Numbered from the stretch's first letter, positions 28,101 to 37,490 are shown. The stretch is DNA of 64,000 nucleotides from an uncultured Chitinophagales bacterium (GCA_964490845.1 CAZBED010000005.1:24168-88167); one strand, 5' to 3'. Translations and numbers: made by a program. The notes: a model not told the origin generated them from the letters alone.

Positions 28101-31100
28101 TGTTCAATGCCGGTGTTGTTGCCGGATTGCCACTCAAGCCACCCGTCCAGGAATATGTAGTTGCCCCATTGGCTGTTAGCGAGACAGTCTGTCCGTCGCA
28201 GATACTCGGGCTATTTACTGTAACTGTTGGATTTGGTTTTACGGTAACTGTTGCCACTGCTGTACCTGTACATCCGTTTGTAGTTCCAGTAACAGTATAA
28301 GTAGTTGTAGAATTCAATAACGGTGTTGTTGCAGGGTTACCACTTAATCCTCCAGTCCAGATATATGTCGTTGCACCATTGGCTGTAAGTATGGCTGTTT
28401 GCGCACTACAAATGGATGGGCTATTCACCGTTACTGTTGGATTTGGTTTTACGGTAACTGTTGCCACTGCTGTACCTGTACATCCGTTTGTTGTTCCGGT
28501 TACCGTATAAGTGGTTGTGGTATTCAACACAGGAGTCGTTGACGGATTGCCACTCAAGCCTCCAGTTCATGCATATGTCGTTGCTCCATTGGCTGTAAGT
28601 GTAGTTGTTTGTCCATCACAGATACTCGGACTATTCACAGTTACGGTTGGATTAAGTTTTATAGTAACAGTTGCCACTGCCGTTCCGGTACATCCATTGG
28701 TCGTTCCTGTAACGGTGTAAGTAGTAGTTGTATTTAATACAGGCGTTGTTGTAGGATTGCCACTCAGGCCTCCTGTCCATGTATAGGTCGTTGCCCCATT
28801 GGTTGTCAGTATAGCTGTCTGGCCGTCACAGATACTCGGGCTATTTACCGTAACGGTTGGATTTGGTTTTACGGTAACTGTTGCTACTGCTGTTCCGGTA
28901 CATCCACCCGTAGTTCCAGTAACAGTATAAGTGGCAGTGGTATTTAAAGCAGGTGTAGTTGCAGGGTTACCGCTTAATCCGCCCGTCCACGTATAGGTGG
29001 TCGCACCATTAGCTGTAAGTGTAGTTGTTTGCCCGCTGCAAATACTAGGGCTGTTTACCGTAACGGAAAGGCTTGGCGCAACAGTAACCGTAGCCACTGC
29101 CGTACCTGTACAACCGTTTAATGTGCCTGTAACCGTATAGGTGGTGGTTGAAGTCAAAGCAGGTGTTGTTGCCGGATTTCCACTCAATCCGCTTGTCCAG
29201 GTATAAGTAGTCGCACCGTTTGCAGTCAATGTTGCAGCCTGATTATTACAAACCGTAGGGCTATTGACTGTTACAGATGGATTAGGTTTTATTGTAATGG
29301 TAACCGGATTACTTGTTTTAGGATTGTTGGAAACACAAGTAAGGCTACTGGTTAGCCTAACCGTTATTACATCCCCTGAAGCAAACGTAGTGCTGGTATA
29401 TGTATTACCTCCGGCTCCAACCGGATTACCATTCAGGTACCATTGGTAGGCAGGTGCTGCTCCGCCATTTGTCGGATTTGCAGTTAATGTGAGTGACTGA
29501 GCATTGCAAATAGGTGTATTACCGCTTATGGTTACATCCACGGGTGAAGGTGTTGTAACTACCATGGTAATGATATTGCTTATTGCTGTATTAGGAACGG
29601 CACAGGCAGAATTGCTTGTCAGTTGTACCTTTATCTGGTCGTTGTTATTGAGTGTTGATGAGGTAAAGGTATTACTGTTAGTGCCAACGGGGTTATTATT
29701 TAAATACCATTGATAAGCCGGCACAGTGCCGCCATTGGTTGGAGTTGCCGTAAAAGTAACTGATGTTCCCGGACATATATTATTACTAGAAGCTACGATG
29801 GATACCGTTGGAGGTTGAGTCGTAACGGAAATCGTTTTAGTAGATGTTACCAAACAACCTCTGTCGCTTTTTACCGTCAGGGACACCGTTTTTACACCGC
29901 CGGTAGAATATGTCACCGTTGGAGGATTTTGTCCGATGAAAGTCGCCGGTGTTGCTCCTGCGCCAAAATTCCATGTCCAACTTGTCAGCGATCCGGAAGG
30001 TGGCGGAGTTGAAGCATCAGTGTAAGTGATAGCTTCACCAATACAAATGATATCGTCTGCATCACTGTCATTGATAGTAGCTGTTGGCCCCTGAATTTCG
30101 GCAGTGCCGCCAAAGGACACGTTAAAACCATTTCCTGTAGAGGTAAAATTATTAATTCCGAGGGCGTATGTCTCCCCGGCTGCTACAGTCAATTGTTTTA
30201 AAAAATTATCCTGACCTGCCGCACATCCTCCATCTTCAGAAACATCCGTAGCTGTTGTATTCAACCCTGTTGTCCAGTTTGGCGGACATTGGGAAGCCTC
30301 GCACCGTTGAACTGTTTTACCGGTACAGTTACCCACTCCGTTGGGCAATTTATATACCACGAAATCCAGGTCATCATCCGGATTAGACGGACTAAGTACA
30401 AAAGTAAATGTTCCAGCTGTCTTGAAAGTAAAAACATACCATGCTGAATTCGTTTCTACATTAAACGGACTAAAAATTGGATCATACCCCAAACAGGCCG
30501 CACTATTCATTTCTGATGTATTGGAACCGGCACCACTGACAGCAGGCACAGAAAAACTATTCTTATCACACAATACAACAGCAGTATTACAATCGCTCAT
30601 AGGTGAAGGCACAGGATTGAAGTTATTCACGCACAATTGAAACGTACCGGTATTTGCATTTGCGGCATCTACGCGTATCAGATAAGTTACCCCAATAGTC
30701 AATCCACCTTTATAAACCTGAATTATATTTTGTCCGGCAGGGGCTGAACCACATACCAATTCATTTAACGAACCACCGCATACACCGCTATATAACGTTA
30801 CCTGTGGTCTTGCTAATGTTCCGCCTACCGGACTACCCTGATTTCCATTAACTATAATGGTAATATCCGACGCCGTCGCCACAAATTTATACCAAACATC
30901 CGTAACGGTTCCACCCCAGCATAGGGCAGCAGAATATCCGCCCCCTGTTGCCACATCATCTGTAGCTCCTGTCAATGTACCATAAGCAGGAGCGGAACAG
31001 AAATTACTGACATTAGAAAGGAGAGTTGCATTCGAACATCCATCATTGGCAGGTTGTGCTAAAATAGACAACACCCCTATCAGCAGGGGCAGTAGTATGA

Positions 31101-31113
31101 TTATTTTTTTCAT
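25150..31113 (-). pseudogene. giant T9SS type-B (gliding-motility-associated C-terminal domain) repeat adhesin, one reading frame interrupted by a single in-frame TGA (28567-28569)
   Basis: ORFs 28567..31113 and 25150..28557 are in the same frame. The listed Met of the downstream ORF is a TTG Leu inside the repeat consensus GGLSGNP. The N-terminus has a signal peptide, two Cys-rich domains and a PKD-like domain. Three QW(Y/L)LN-type Ig-like domains and 14 repeats of 70 aa are also present. The C-terminus is PNAFSPNRDGVNDCF...IFNRWGEKVF...WDG, a T9SS type-B CTD. Confidence 0.85.
26344..29289 (-). repeat. 14 tandem 210-213-bp coding repeats (70-71 aa Ig-like modules)
   Basis: The unit is KPNPTVTVNSPSICDGQTxSLTANGATTYxWTGGLSGNPATTPALNxTTTYTVTGTTNGCTGTAVATVTV. 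It repeats 14 times head-to-tail with very high DNA identity. The plus-strand mirror ORFs show the same periodicity. Confidence 0.95.
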
Positions 31114-31192
31114 ATGAAATGTGATGTACTAAAAATACTAAAAAATCAAAACTTTATCCGTATTTGGAGATAAAAAAGAGAGATTGTGGATT

Positions 31193-32779
31193 TTATTCTG
31201 CCATCAAAGCAAAAATCTCATCAATTATTGCCCATGGGGTAGGTTCAAACGCTGTAATAACACCTTTTACATTGAGTTCGGTTAGTTTTCTGGTGGTAGT
31301 CTTACCGATGGAAACCACTGCCTGATTGTCTTTTTTCCCAAAAGAGGCAAAGTAAGCCTGAGCACTCATGGGGCTGGTGAAAACCAATATGTTTTCGTCA
31401 CGATTTTGTACCATTTTTTTAGGTTGATTTTCATAAACCACCAATGTTTCGATATCGGCATTCTTTTCCAGTTTCTTCTGAATGCTTTGCATCGATTGCT
31501 TGGCCTGCGGGAATACTATTTTACCGGAAGCAATAGCATCAAATTCACCGGCAATATGCGTTAAATCACTCCCGGTTCCAATAAAATCAACGGTGAATCC
31601 TAATTCAAAAATAGCTTGAGCAGTTCCTTGGTTGATGGCAGCCAGTTTGGTATTCGTGAGCTTATCTTTACCTATCTTCTCAAAGAAAAATCTGACTCCG
31701 TTTTTACTGCTAAAAAAGAGCCAGTTTGCATCCTGTAGAAAATAAAAATCAACAGGTGTAAATTCAATCAATGACTCATTGCTTACAGTATACCGATGCG
31801 CTTCCAAAACACGTTTCAGGTAATCATCTTCCTTTAATTCTGAGGAAATGAAGACTGATGAAACCTTGTTTTTTTTCAATCCGGAAACAATAGCAGATGA
31901 ATAATATTGATCATCCGCCTGTATAACTTTATGTAAACGTTTTGGAATACTATCCCAGGAAGCTGCCTGCGAAACCCAAACATCCAGCATATTGTTATTT
32001 CGTTCAGCATAAACACCTAATGGCATTTGACAGCCGCCTTCAAAATCATGCAGCAATCTGCGTTCTATATTGGTCAGCAAAGTGCTTTCTTCATCATTTA
32101 AGAGCATACATATCTGTTGCATGTCTGTATCCTTCTCTCTGATTTGAAAGGCCAATACGCCTTGCGCGGGAGCAGGAATAAACATAGGTGCCTTTAAATA
32201 TACTTTCTCAAATTCATCCAGATTTATATTTAATCGTTCCAGTCCCGCTGATGCTAATACAATAGCGTCGTATTGATTTTCATTCAGTTTGTTTACACGT
32301 GTCGGAACATTCCCTCTTAAATCCATCACTTCCAAATCCGGCCGCAATGCAAGCAACTGAGCCTTGCGCCTTGCCGAAGATGTGCCGACTTTTGCATGTG
32401 ATTTTAGTTTTAAAACCTTCGTATCATCTTTTGAATCTTTACGAATCAGCAAGATATCAAAAGGGTTCGCCCGTTTTGAATAAGCTGCGATGGTTAATCC
32501 TTCCGGAAATTCGGTTGGTAAATCTTTGCAGGAATGTACGGCCAAATCTATCTCACCGGCCAGTAGTGCATCTTCCAGTTCTTTGGTAAAAAAGCCTTTT
32601 CCTTCTATTTTATCAAAGCTCAGATTCCATTGTTGTGTGGCATCCCCTTTTGTTTTTATTATTTTTAATTCCACTTGATAACCGTTTGATTCAAGCACGG
32701 TTTTAGTAAAATTGGCCTGCCACAGTGCTAACTCACTGCCTCGTGTTCCGATAATAAGTGGAGATGATTTACCTTTCAT
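31193..32779 (-). CDS. hemC: bifunctional hydroxymethylbilane synthase / uroporphyrinogen-III synthase (HemC-HemD fusion)
   Basis: The N-terminal ~300 aa are HemC (IIGTRGSELALWQA, cofactor Cys motif EGGCQMPLG). The C-terminal ~220 aa show HemD-like half-repeats (FFSSKNGVRFF, VFTSPMSAQAYF, SIGKTTTRKL). Confidence 0.85.
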   Translation of the reverse strand: MKGKSSPLIIGTRGSELALWQANFTKTVLESNGYQVELKIIKTKGDATQQWNLSFDKIEGKGFFTKELEDALLAGEIDLAVHSCKDLPTEFPEGLTIAAYSKRANPFDILLIRKDSKDDTKVLKLKSHAKVGTSSARRKAQLLALRPDLEVMDLRGNVPTRVNKLNENQYDAIVLASAGLERLNINLDEFEKVYLKAPMFIPAPAQGVLAFQIREKDTDMQQICMLLNDEESTLLTNIERRLLHDFEGGCQMPLGVYAERNNNMLDVWVSQAASWDSIPKRLHKVIQADDQYYSSAIVSGLKKNKVSSVFISSELKEDDYLKRVLEAHRYTVSNESLIEFTPVDFYFLQDANWLFFSSKNGVRFFFEKIGKDKLTNTKLAAINQGTAQAIFELGFTVDFIGTGSDLTHIAGEFDAIASGKIVFPQAKQSMQSIQKKLEKNADIETLVVYENQPKKMVQNRDENILVFTSPMSAQAYFASFGKKDNQAVVSIGKTTTRKLTELNVKGVITAFEPTPWAIIDEIFALMAE

Positions 32780-32816
32780 AAAACAGTTTGCAACTGTAAT
32801 TATACAAACATATTAT

Positions 32817-34064
32817 TTAAGGTCTGAATTTTTTATTCAGCAACGATTTTTTGGAAGCTTTAAAAGGCAAGGCGATGTATTTCTCCTCCATATATGCCAT
32901 TACTTTTTCCAATACTTCCTTTGAGCCGGCATCCAGTTTTTCTATATCTTTTCTAAATGCGAGATTAAGGGCTCTGTCCTTTATAGTCTTAACTTCATTT
33001 GGTATATCTGCCAATGCCAGTTCCAGCCTTCTTTCTTTGTGCAATTCGCGGAAGGTGATAATGAATTCTTCGAGCATCGCTTCTGCTTTATACAACTCCC
33101 CTTTTCTGAATTGCATATTTTCTTTCGCTTTTTTCTCTAAAGAAGCCACATCAATATAATCTACATTCTTCAGTTCTATAATCTCATCTTCCACATCTTG
33201 CGGAACTGCCAAATCAACGATAGTTACCTTTCTGTTTGCCGGAATTATTTTATCAAAAATATCTTTTGTCAGTACCGCATAATTAGCACCCGTACACGTC
33301 AGGATAATATCTACATCTTCATTATGCTGTGTCAGTTTTTCGAGCGGCAAGGCTTTACCGTTTTTGAAACGTGCCGCCAATTCTTCCGCTTTGCTTAATG
33401 TACGGTTATAAACACATACATTTTCAATACCGTTTTTCACCAAAAGGTTAGCCATTAAATTATTGGTTTGTCCGGCACCAATAATCAGCATCTTCGCATA
33501 TTTAAAAAAGTTTTTATCAAATAAACTTCTGAACGCGAGGGAAACAACGGATACCGGTTTCTCACCAATGCGTGTATCGCAATGGATTTTTTTAGCAAAC
33601 ACAATAGCCTGCTGATATGCCAGACGAATTTCATCACCACACAAATTGAACTTCTTACAGTTCATATAAGCGTTCTTTATTTGTCCTAAAATTTCTCGTT
33701 CACCAATAACCAGTGAGTCTAAAGAAGCGGCTACGCCCATAAAATGACGCATAGCATCTTCACCTTCAAAAACCAGCGCCTTGGTAAGGTGCAGATTAAG
33801 CAACTCTTTATTGAAATGTGGGTTTATAAATAAAAACAAGTCTTTCAGAAACTTGTTGTCAATTTTTTTATCGTTGGTAAATAAAAAGGTAACCCGATTG
33901 CAGGTATTGAGGTACAACAATTCATCTATACCAAAACTCTCTTTAAATTCTCTGAGACGATTAACCGGAAAGTCAGACGTATCTTCATCAGTAAGAAGAT
34001 AATCTTTCAGTCTGTTGACCTTGGCTGTTTTATGAGTAATAGTTACTACTTTGTAACGTTGCAC
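32817..34064 (-). CDS. hemA: glutamyl-tRNA reductase
   Basis: LNTCNRVTFLF active-site Cys motif and NAD-binding IIGAGQTN. The apparent start is GTG (34062-34064). Confidence 0.92.
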   Translation of the reverse strand: MQRYKVVTITHKTAKVNRLKDYLLTDEDTSDFPVNRLREFKESFGIDELLYLNTCNRVTFLFTNDKKIDNKFLKDLFLFINPHFNKELLNLHLTKALVFEGEDAMRHFMGVAASLDSLVIGEREILGQIKNAYMNCKKFNLCGDEIRLAYQQAIVFAKKIHCDTRIGEKPVSVVSLAFRSLFDKNFFKYAKMLIIGAGQTNNLMANLLVKNGIENVCVYNRTLSKAEELAARFKNGKALPLEKLTQHNEDVDIILTCTGANYAVLTKDIFDKIIPANRKVTIVDLAVPQDVEDEIIELKNVDYIDVASLEKKAKENMQFRKGELYKAEAMLEEFIITFRELHKERRLELALADIPNEVKTIKDRALNLAFRKDIEKLDAGSKEVLEKVMAYMEEKYIALPFKASKKSLLNKKFRP

Positions 34065-34116
34065 TTGCTTTTATTTTTCCTACTACAAATATGGCAATAT
34101 AATACTTAATAAAAAA

Positions 34117-34130
34117 ATGATTTAAATCAT
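34117..34130. promoter_or_regulatory. perfect 14-bp palindrome ATGATTTAAATCAT upstream of hemA (possible operator)
   Basis: The sequence is self-complementary. It lies 53 nt upstream of the hemA GTG and 26 nt downstream of the LysM gene stop. With no loop and an AT-only stem it is a poor terminator. Confidence 0.25.
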
Positions 34131-34155
34131 GTTTGCTAACCTAACAATAATATAA

Positions 34156-35151
34156 CTAATTAGGATATTCTATTTGCAGATAGCACTTCCCGTTTTGCAG
34201 CTGTAAGTCCTTCTTTACACCGAGCGAATAACGGACAATAACATGTTTATTTTCGTCTGTTTCGGGCAATTTGCCGATTACTTTTGCATAAACTACTTTG
34301 CTGTTGGTCAGGTTTTTTATCTTAATAACAGTTCCAATGGATAAGGTTTTATGCATGGCAAAATAGGTGGTTTCCATAGCGCCTAATGTAGTGGTCATAG
34401 GGGCGCCGGTACCTTTCTGCACCTGAATGGATTGTGTGGTTGCTTTTAATTTATAAGCCTTGCTCAACTCTTTCTGGCTTTCATTATTGGAAGCCTGAAT
34501 ATCCGGGGTTGTATCATCCGTCACAACAGTAGTTTCCGCTGATTCTTTTATCATCTCCCCTTTTGATACAGGTATTTCCGGCTGTTTTAATACTGGTTTC
34601 AAATCAATTTCCGGCTTTGTGTTGGTAACAACGGATGGTACGGGGGGTGTTTTTGCCGGAACTGATGCCATTTCCGGCTGGCTTACCAACAGCGAAGTAC
34701 CCACTTTTACATTGAGATCCGGTAAATTATTCCATTTTACGATATCTGTTACTGTAATGAAATATGTTTTAGCTATGGAATACAAGGTCTGTCCTTTTTC
34801 CACGGTGTGGTATTTAGTCGTTTTTGCTGCATTTTTTTCTTCAGCAACAACTTGGCCATTTCCTTTATTAGTCTTTGTTTTTGAGTCTGTTATATCTTTA
34901 CCTTTGATAGTTTTCGGGATACGGATGATTTGATCCGGCGAAATGCTGTTTTCTATCAGAGATGGGTTAATCTTAAGGATATCCACCTTAGTAACATTGT
35001 ATTTTTGGGCTATTTTAGTCAGTGTTTCACCAAATTTTACCACATGCATCTGATAATTAGAGCTTTTAGCTGTCGTTTTAATGGCATTCTGGCTGACAAC
35101 GGAAAGAGTTGTAACCCCAAAAATGATAAAAAAAAGAATGAATCTGCTCAT
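34156..35151 (-). CDS. LysM peptidoglycan-binding domain protein (two LysM repeats, secreted)
   Basis: Signal peptide. LysM motifs HVVKFGETLTKIAQKYNVTKVDILKINP and HTVEKGQTLYSIAKTYFITVTDIVKWNNL. A Pro/Thr-rich linker and a C-terminal beta domain follow. Confidence 0.8.
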   Translation of the reverse strand: MSRFILFFIIFGVTTLSVVSQNAIKTTAKSSNYQMHVVKFGETLTKIAQKYNVTKVDILKINPSLIENSISPDQIIRIPKTIKGKDITDSKTKTNKGNGQVVAEEKNAAKTTKYHTVEKGQTLYSIAKTYFITVTDIVKWNNLPDLNVKVGTSLLVSQPEMASVPAKTPPVPSVVTNTKPEIDLKPVLKQPEIPVSKGEMIKESAETTVVTDDTTPDIQASNNESQKELSKAYKLKATTQSIQVQKGTGAPMTTTLGAMETTYFAMHKTLSIGTVIKIKNLTNSKVVYAKVIGKLPETDENKHVIVRYSLGVKKDLQLQNGKCYLQIEYPN

Positions 35152-35293
35152 ATGACAAGATTAAGGGACAAAAATGAGTCTTTCTGCAATTGAAACCTTT
35201 CAAACTTTTCAACAATAGTTTACACCTATTTTATTGAGGATATTAGGTTTCGCCAATATAACGTTACTTTTGACAAACAAATTTTATACCATT

Positions 35294-36046
35294 TTGAAGA
35301 TTTTAGGCATCATTCCGGCGCGTTACGCATCCTCCCGGTTTCCGGGAAAACCTTTGGCGGATATTGCAGGAAAACCTATGATAGTGCGTGTTTATGAGCA
35401 ATGTAATAAGGCTAATAGCATTAGCGATATTGTTGTTGCCACTGACGATACTCGAATCTATGATGTCGTGGAAAAATTTGGGGGAAATGTGATTATGACA
35501 TCCGAACATCATCTGAATGGAACATCCAGATGTGCTGAAGTACTGGAAAACTATAAAATCAGTGAAAAATTTGATGTTGTTATTAATATTCAAGGCGATG
35601 AACCCATCATTCAGCCTGAGCAGCTGGACGAATTAGCGTCCCTGTTTTCCGACAATGATATTAAACTGGGTACTTTAGTAAAAAAAGAAACCGATTTCTC
35701 ACAATTGAGAAACAGGCATATTGTAAAAGCAACATTAGATAATAACATGTATGCAATGACATTCTGGAGGGTCAGTTCGGACGAGAATCTGATCCATACT
35801 ATTCAGAAGGAAGGGTTCTTTTACAAACATATTGGCATCTATGGCTTTAAGGCAAATACACTCAGAAAAATAGTTGAGCTGCCACCCACAGAAAATGAGC
35901 AGGAATTACATTTGGAACAATATCGATGGCTGGATAACGGTTATCAGGTAAAAACCGGCATTACTCAATTTGAAAGTATCAGTGTTGATACACCGGAAGA
36001 TGCAGAAAGAGTTTCTGCTATCATAAAGCATTCACCGACTGTTTAG
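35294..36046 (+). CDS. kdsB: 3-deoxy-manno-octulosonate cytidylyltransferase
   Basis: GIIPARYASSRFPGKPLADIAGKPMI and IQGDEPII motifs. The start is probably TTG 35294 (MKILGIIPARY) rather than the track's TTG 35234. There is no in-frame ATG. Confidence 0.88.
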   Translation: MKILGIIPARYASSRFPGKPLADIAGKPMIVRVYEQCNKANSISDIVVATDDTRIYDVVEKFGGNVIMTSEHHLNGTSRCAEVLENYKISEKFDVVINIQGDEPIIQPEQLDELASLFSDNDIKLGTLVKKETDFSQLRNRHIVKATLDNNMYAMTFWRVSSDENLIHTIQKEGFFYKHIGIYGFKANTLRKIVELPPTENEQELHLEQYRWLDNGYQVKTGITQFESISVDTPEDAERVSAIIKHSPTV

Positions 36047-37136
36047 CAATCAACGGCGACAATGCCACTCCCATTCCATTGCAAGACATAATATAGTGTG
36101 TATAATCATTCAGCTGTTTTACAACAGGCCGCTTATCCGGTGAGAAGCCCATAATTCCCTGCCAGGTATGTTCAATCTCAAAGTTGATACCGGGTATAAT
36201 GATATTCTGCAACTTCGCTTCCAGTTCCTGAATAATTGTTGGATTAGCTGAAAATACTGTTGTCTGTTCAGTTTCAAAATCCAGGTTTCTGCCGCCACCA
36301 AACAACACTCTGTTGCCGACATTCCTGAAATAATAAAATCCCTCATCAAAATGAAAACTGCCTTTAAATGGCAACTTATCAATTTCATTGGTAATAATGA
36401 CCTGCCCCCTGCCCGGCAACACCTGCTCTTCCGGAAACAATTCATTTATAAAAGCATTGGTACATACCAGAATCTTTTCCGCTATTAACTGAAAAGTTCC
36501 GTTCCTTTCTGTATGTACTTCCATTTTATTATCCGTAATGCTTTTTACATTTGCGCCGGATAGAATCAGAATATTATTCTCGGACAGAAGCTGCCAGTAA
36601 TTCAACATCGTCTTGCCTGAATCAATCTGCATCTCCGGAGCACAAAACAGCAACTGCGATACCTCTTGAGAGAAACCGTATATCTTTATTTTATCAGATG
36701 CATCAGAAAATACAGGAAACTTAAAAACCGGCTGCAATCGTTCATTCAGATAATTTATTTCATCCGATGCAAGAGGTACGCGCTGTTTCTGCAGTATCAG
36801 TTCATATCCGCCAAAAGCAGTAACATCAGCCCGATCATTCCCGAGGCGTTCGTGAAGAATCTGGTAGCCTTCATAACGCTGCGCTACCAGTTCGACGGCC
36901 TGCTGTTCTCCCATGAGATTCATATCATACAAAATCTCAGTAGGTGAACCGAAACACATAAACCCTGCATTTTTCGAAGATGCACCTGTTGGAAATGTGC
37001 CGCGTTCCAATACGATGATTTTGGCATTCGGATATTTCAAGCGCAGTTCAACTGCAACACTGCAACCCATGATACCAGCTCCCACTATTACAAAATCTGC
37101 AGACTGATAACTGTTTATTTCCCAAAATGAAAGCAT
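36021..37136 (-). CDS. FAD-dependent oxidoreductase (DAO family)
   Basis: N-terminal dinucleotide fold DFVIVGAGIMGCSVAVEL. 371 aa. The 3' end overlaps the kdsB 3' end by 26 bp (convergent). Confidence 0.8.
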   Translation of the reverse strand: MLSFWEINSYQSADFVIVGAGIMGCSVAVELRLKYPNAKIIVLERGTFPTGASSKNAGFMCFGSPTEILYDMNLMGEQQAVELVAQRYEGYQILHERLGNDRADVTAFGGYELILQKQRVPLASDEINYLNERLQPVFKFPVFSDASDKIKIYGFSQEVSQLLFCAPEMQIDSGKTMLNYWQLLSENNILILSGANVKSITDNKMEVHTERNGTFQLIAEKILVCTNAFINELFPEEQVLPGRGQVIITNEIDKLPFKGSFHFDEGFYYFRNVGNRVLFGGGRNLDFETEQTTVFSANPTIIQELEAKLQNIIIPGINFEIEHTWQGIMGFSPDKRPVVKQLNDYTHYIMSCNGMGVALSPLIAKQSVNAL

Positions 37137-37197
37137 TGAAAAAAATATAGCGAAATTGACTAAAGTTGTATAAATTTAAATAACAAAACCGGAAATT

Positions 37198-37383
37198 ATG
37201 AAAAAATTACTGTCCTTAAAACTAATATTACTGCTTCTCAGTATTACTTCCCTATCGTTAACTACAACAAGTTGCGGCAAGAATGGAAAAGAACAATCCT
37301 GCAACAACGGACTTGACGACGATAGTGACGGATTTACAGACTGTGACGATGCAGACTGTGAGGGGTCAACAGCCTGTCTTTAA
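37198..37383 (+). CDS. small lipoprotein with one Asp-rich thrombospondin-type-3-like calcium-binding loop and 5 Cys
   Basis: Signal peptide ending LTTTSC (lipobox-like). The mature 35 aa contain CNNGLDDDSDGFTDCDDADCEGSTAC, which fits DxDxDGxxDxxD. Confidence 0.55.
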   Translation: MKKLLSLKLILLLLSITSLSLTTTSCGKNGKEQSCNNGLDDDSDGFTDCDDADCEGSTACL

Positions 37384-37416
37384 GTTTCATTACAGAATTA
37401 TTGGAAATTAAAAATG

Positions 37417-37490
37417 TGGAGAATATCGGATTCGAACCGATCGCCTCTTCACTGCCAGCGAAGCGCTCTAGCCAAATGAGCTAATTCCCC
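37417..37490 (-). tRNA. tRNA-Ala (anticodon GGC)
   Basis: Reverse complement GGGGAATTAGCTCATTTGGCTAGAGCG-CTTCG-CTGGCAG-TGAAG... has anticodon loop CTGGCAG. The G3-U70 wobble pair (Ala identity element) is present in the acceptor stem GGGGAAT/ATTCTCC. Confidence 0.9.

Noticed and set aside
28567-28569. TGA decoded as Trp genome-wide (alternative genetic code) as the explanation for the adhesin stop.
   Set aside because: Several well-conserved genes in this window end at TGA at the expected protein length. Examples are the SDR at 2243-2245, the ligase at 8139-8141, E1alpha at 9142-9144, E2 at 11304-11306 and mnmD at 46814-46816. Standard code 11 therefore fits.
26642-28720. A series of plus-strand ORFs (26642..26896, 26951..27256, 27677..28090, 28094..28300, 28511..28720) with repetitive V/P/T-rich translations.
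   Set aside because: They are the antisense mirror of the 210-bp adhesin repeats. They have the same periodicity, no independent start or stop logic and low-complexity sequence. The minus-strand frame carries a signal peptide, recognisable domains and a T9SS CTD.
31114-31192. Invertible promoter or phase-variation switch upstream of the adhesin gene.
   Set aside because: The 79-bp region between the hemC-hemD stop and the adhesin ATG has no inverted repeats longer than 4-5 bp. No recombinase gene is nearby. The A7 run after the ATG just encodes the Lys-rich signal-peptide start.
36021-36046. 26-bp convergent overlap of the kdsB and FAD-oxidoreductase 3' ends.
   Set aside because: This is a small 3'-3' overlap of the kind that occurs in compact genomes. 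Both C-termini look complete, so it is not evidence of a frameshift or fusion.
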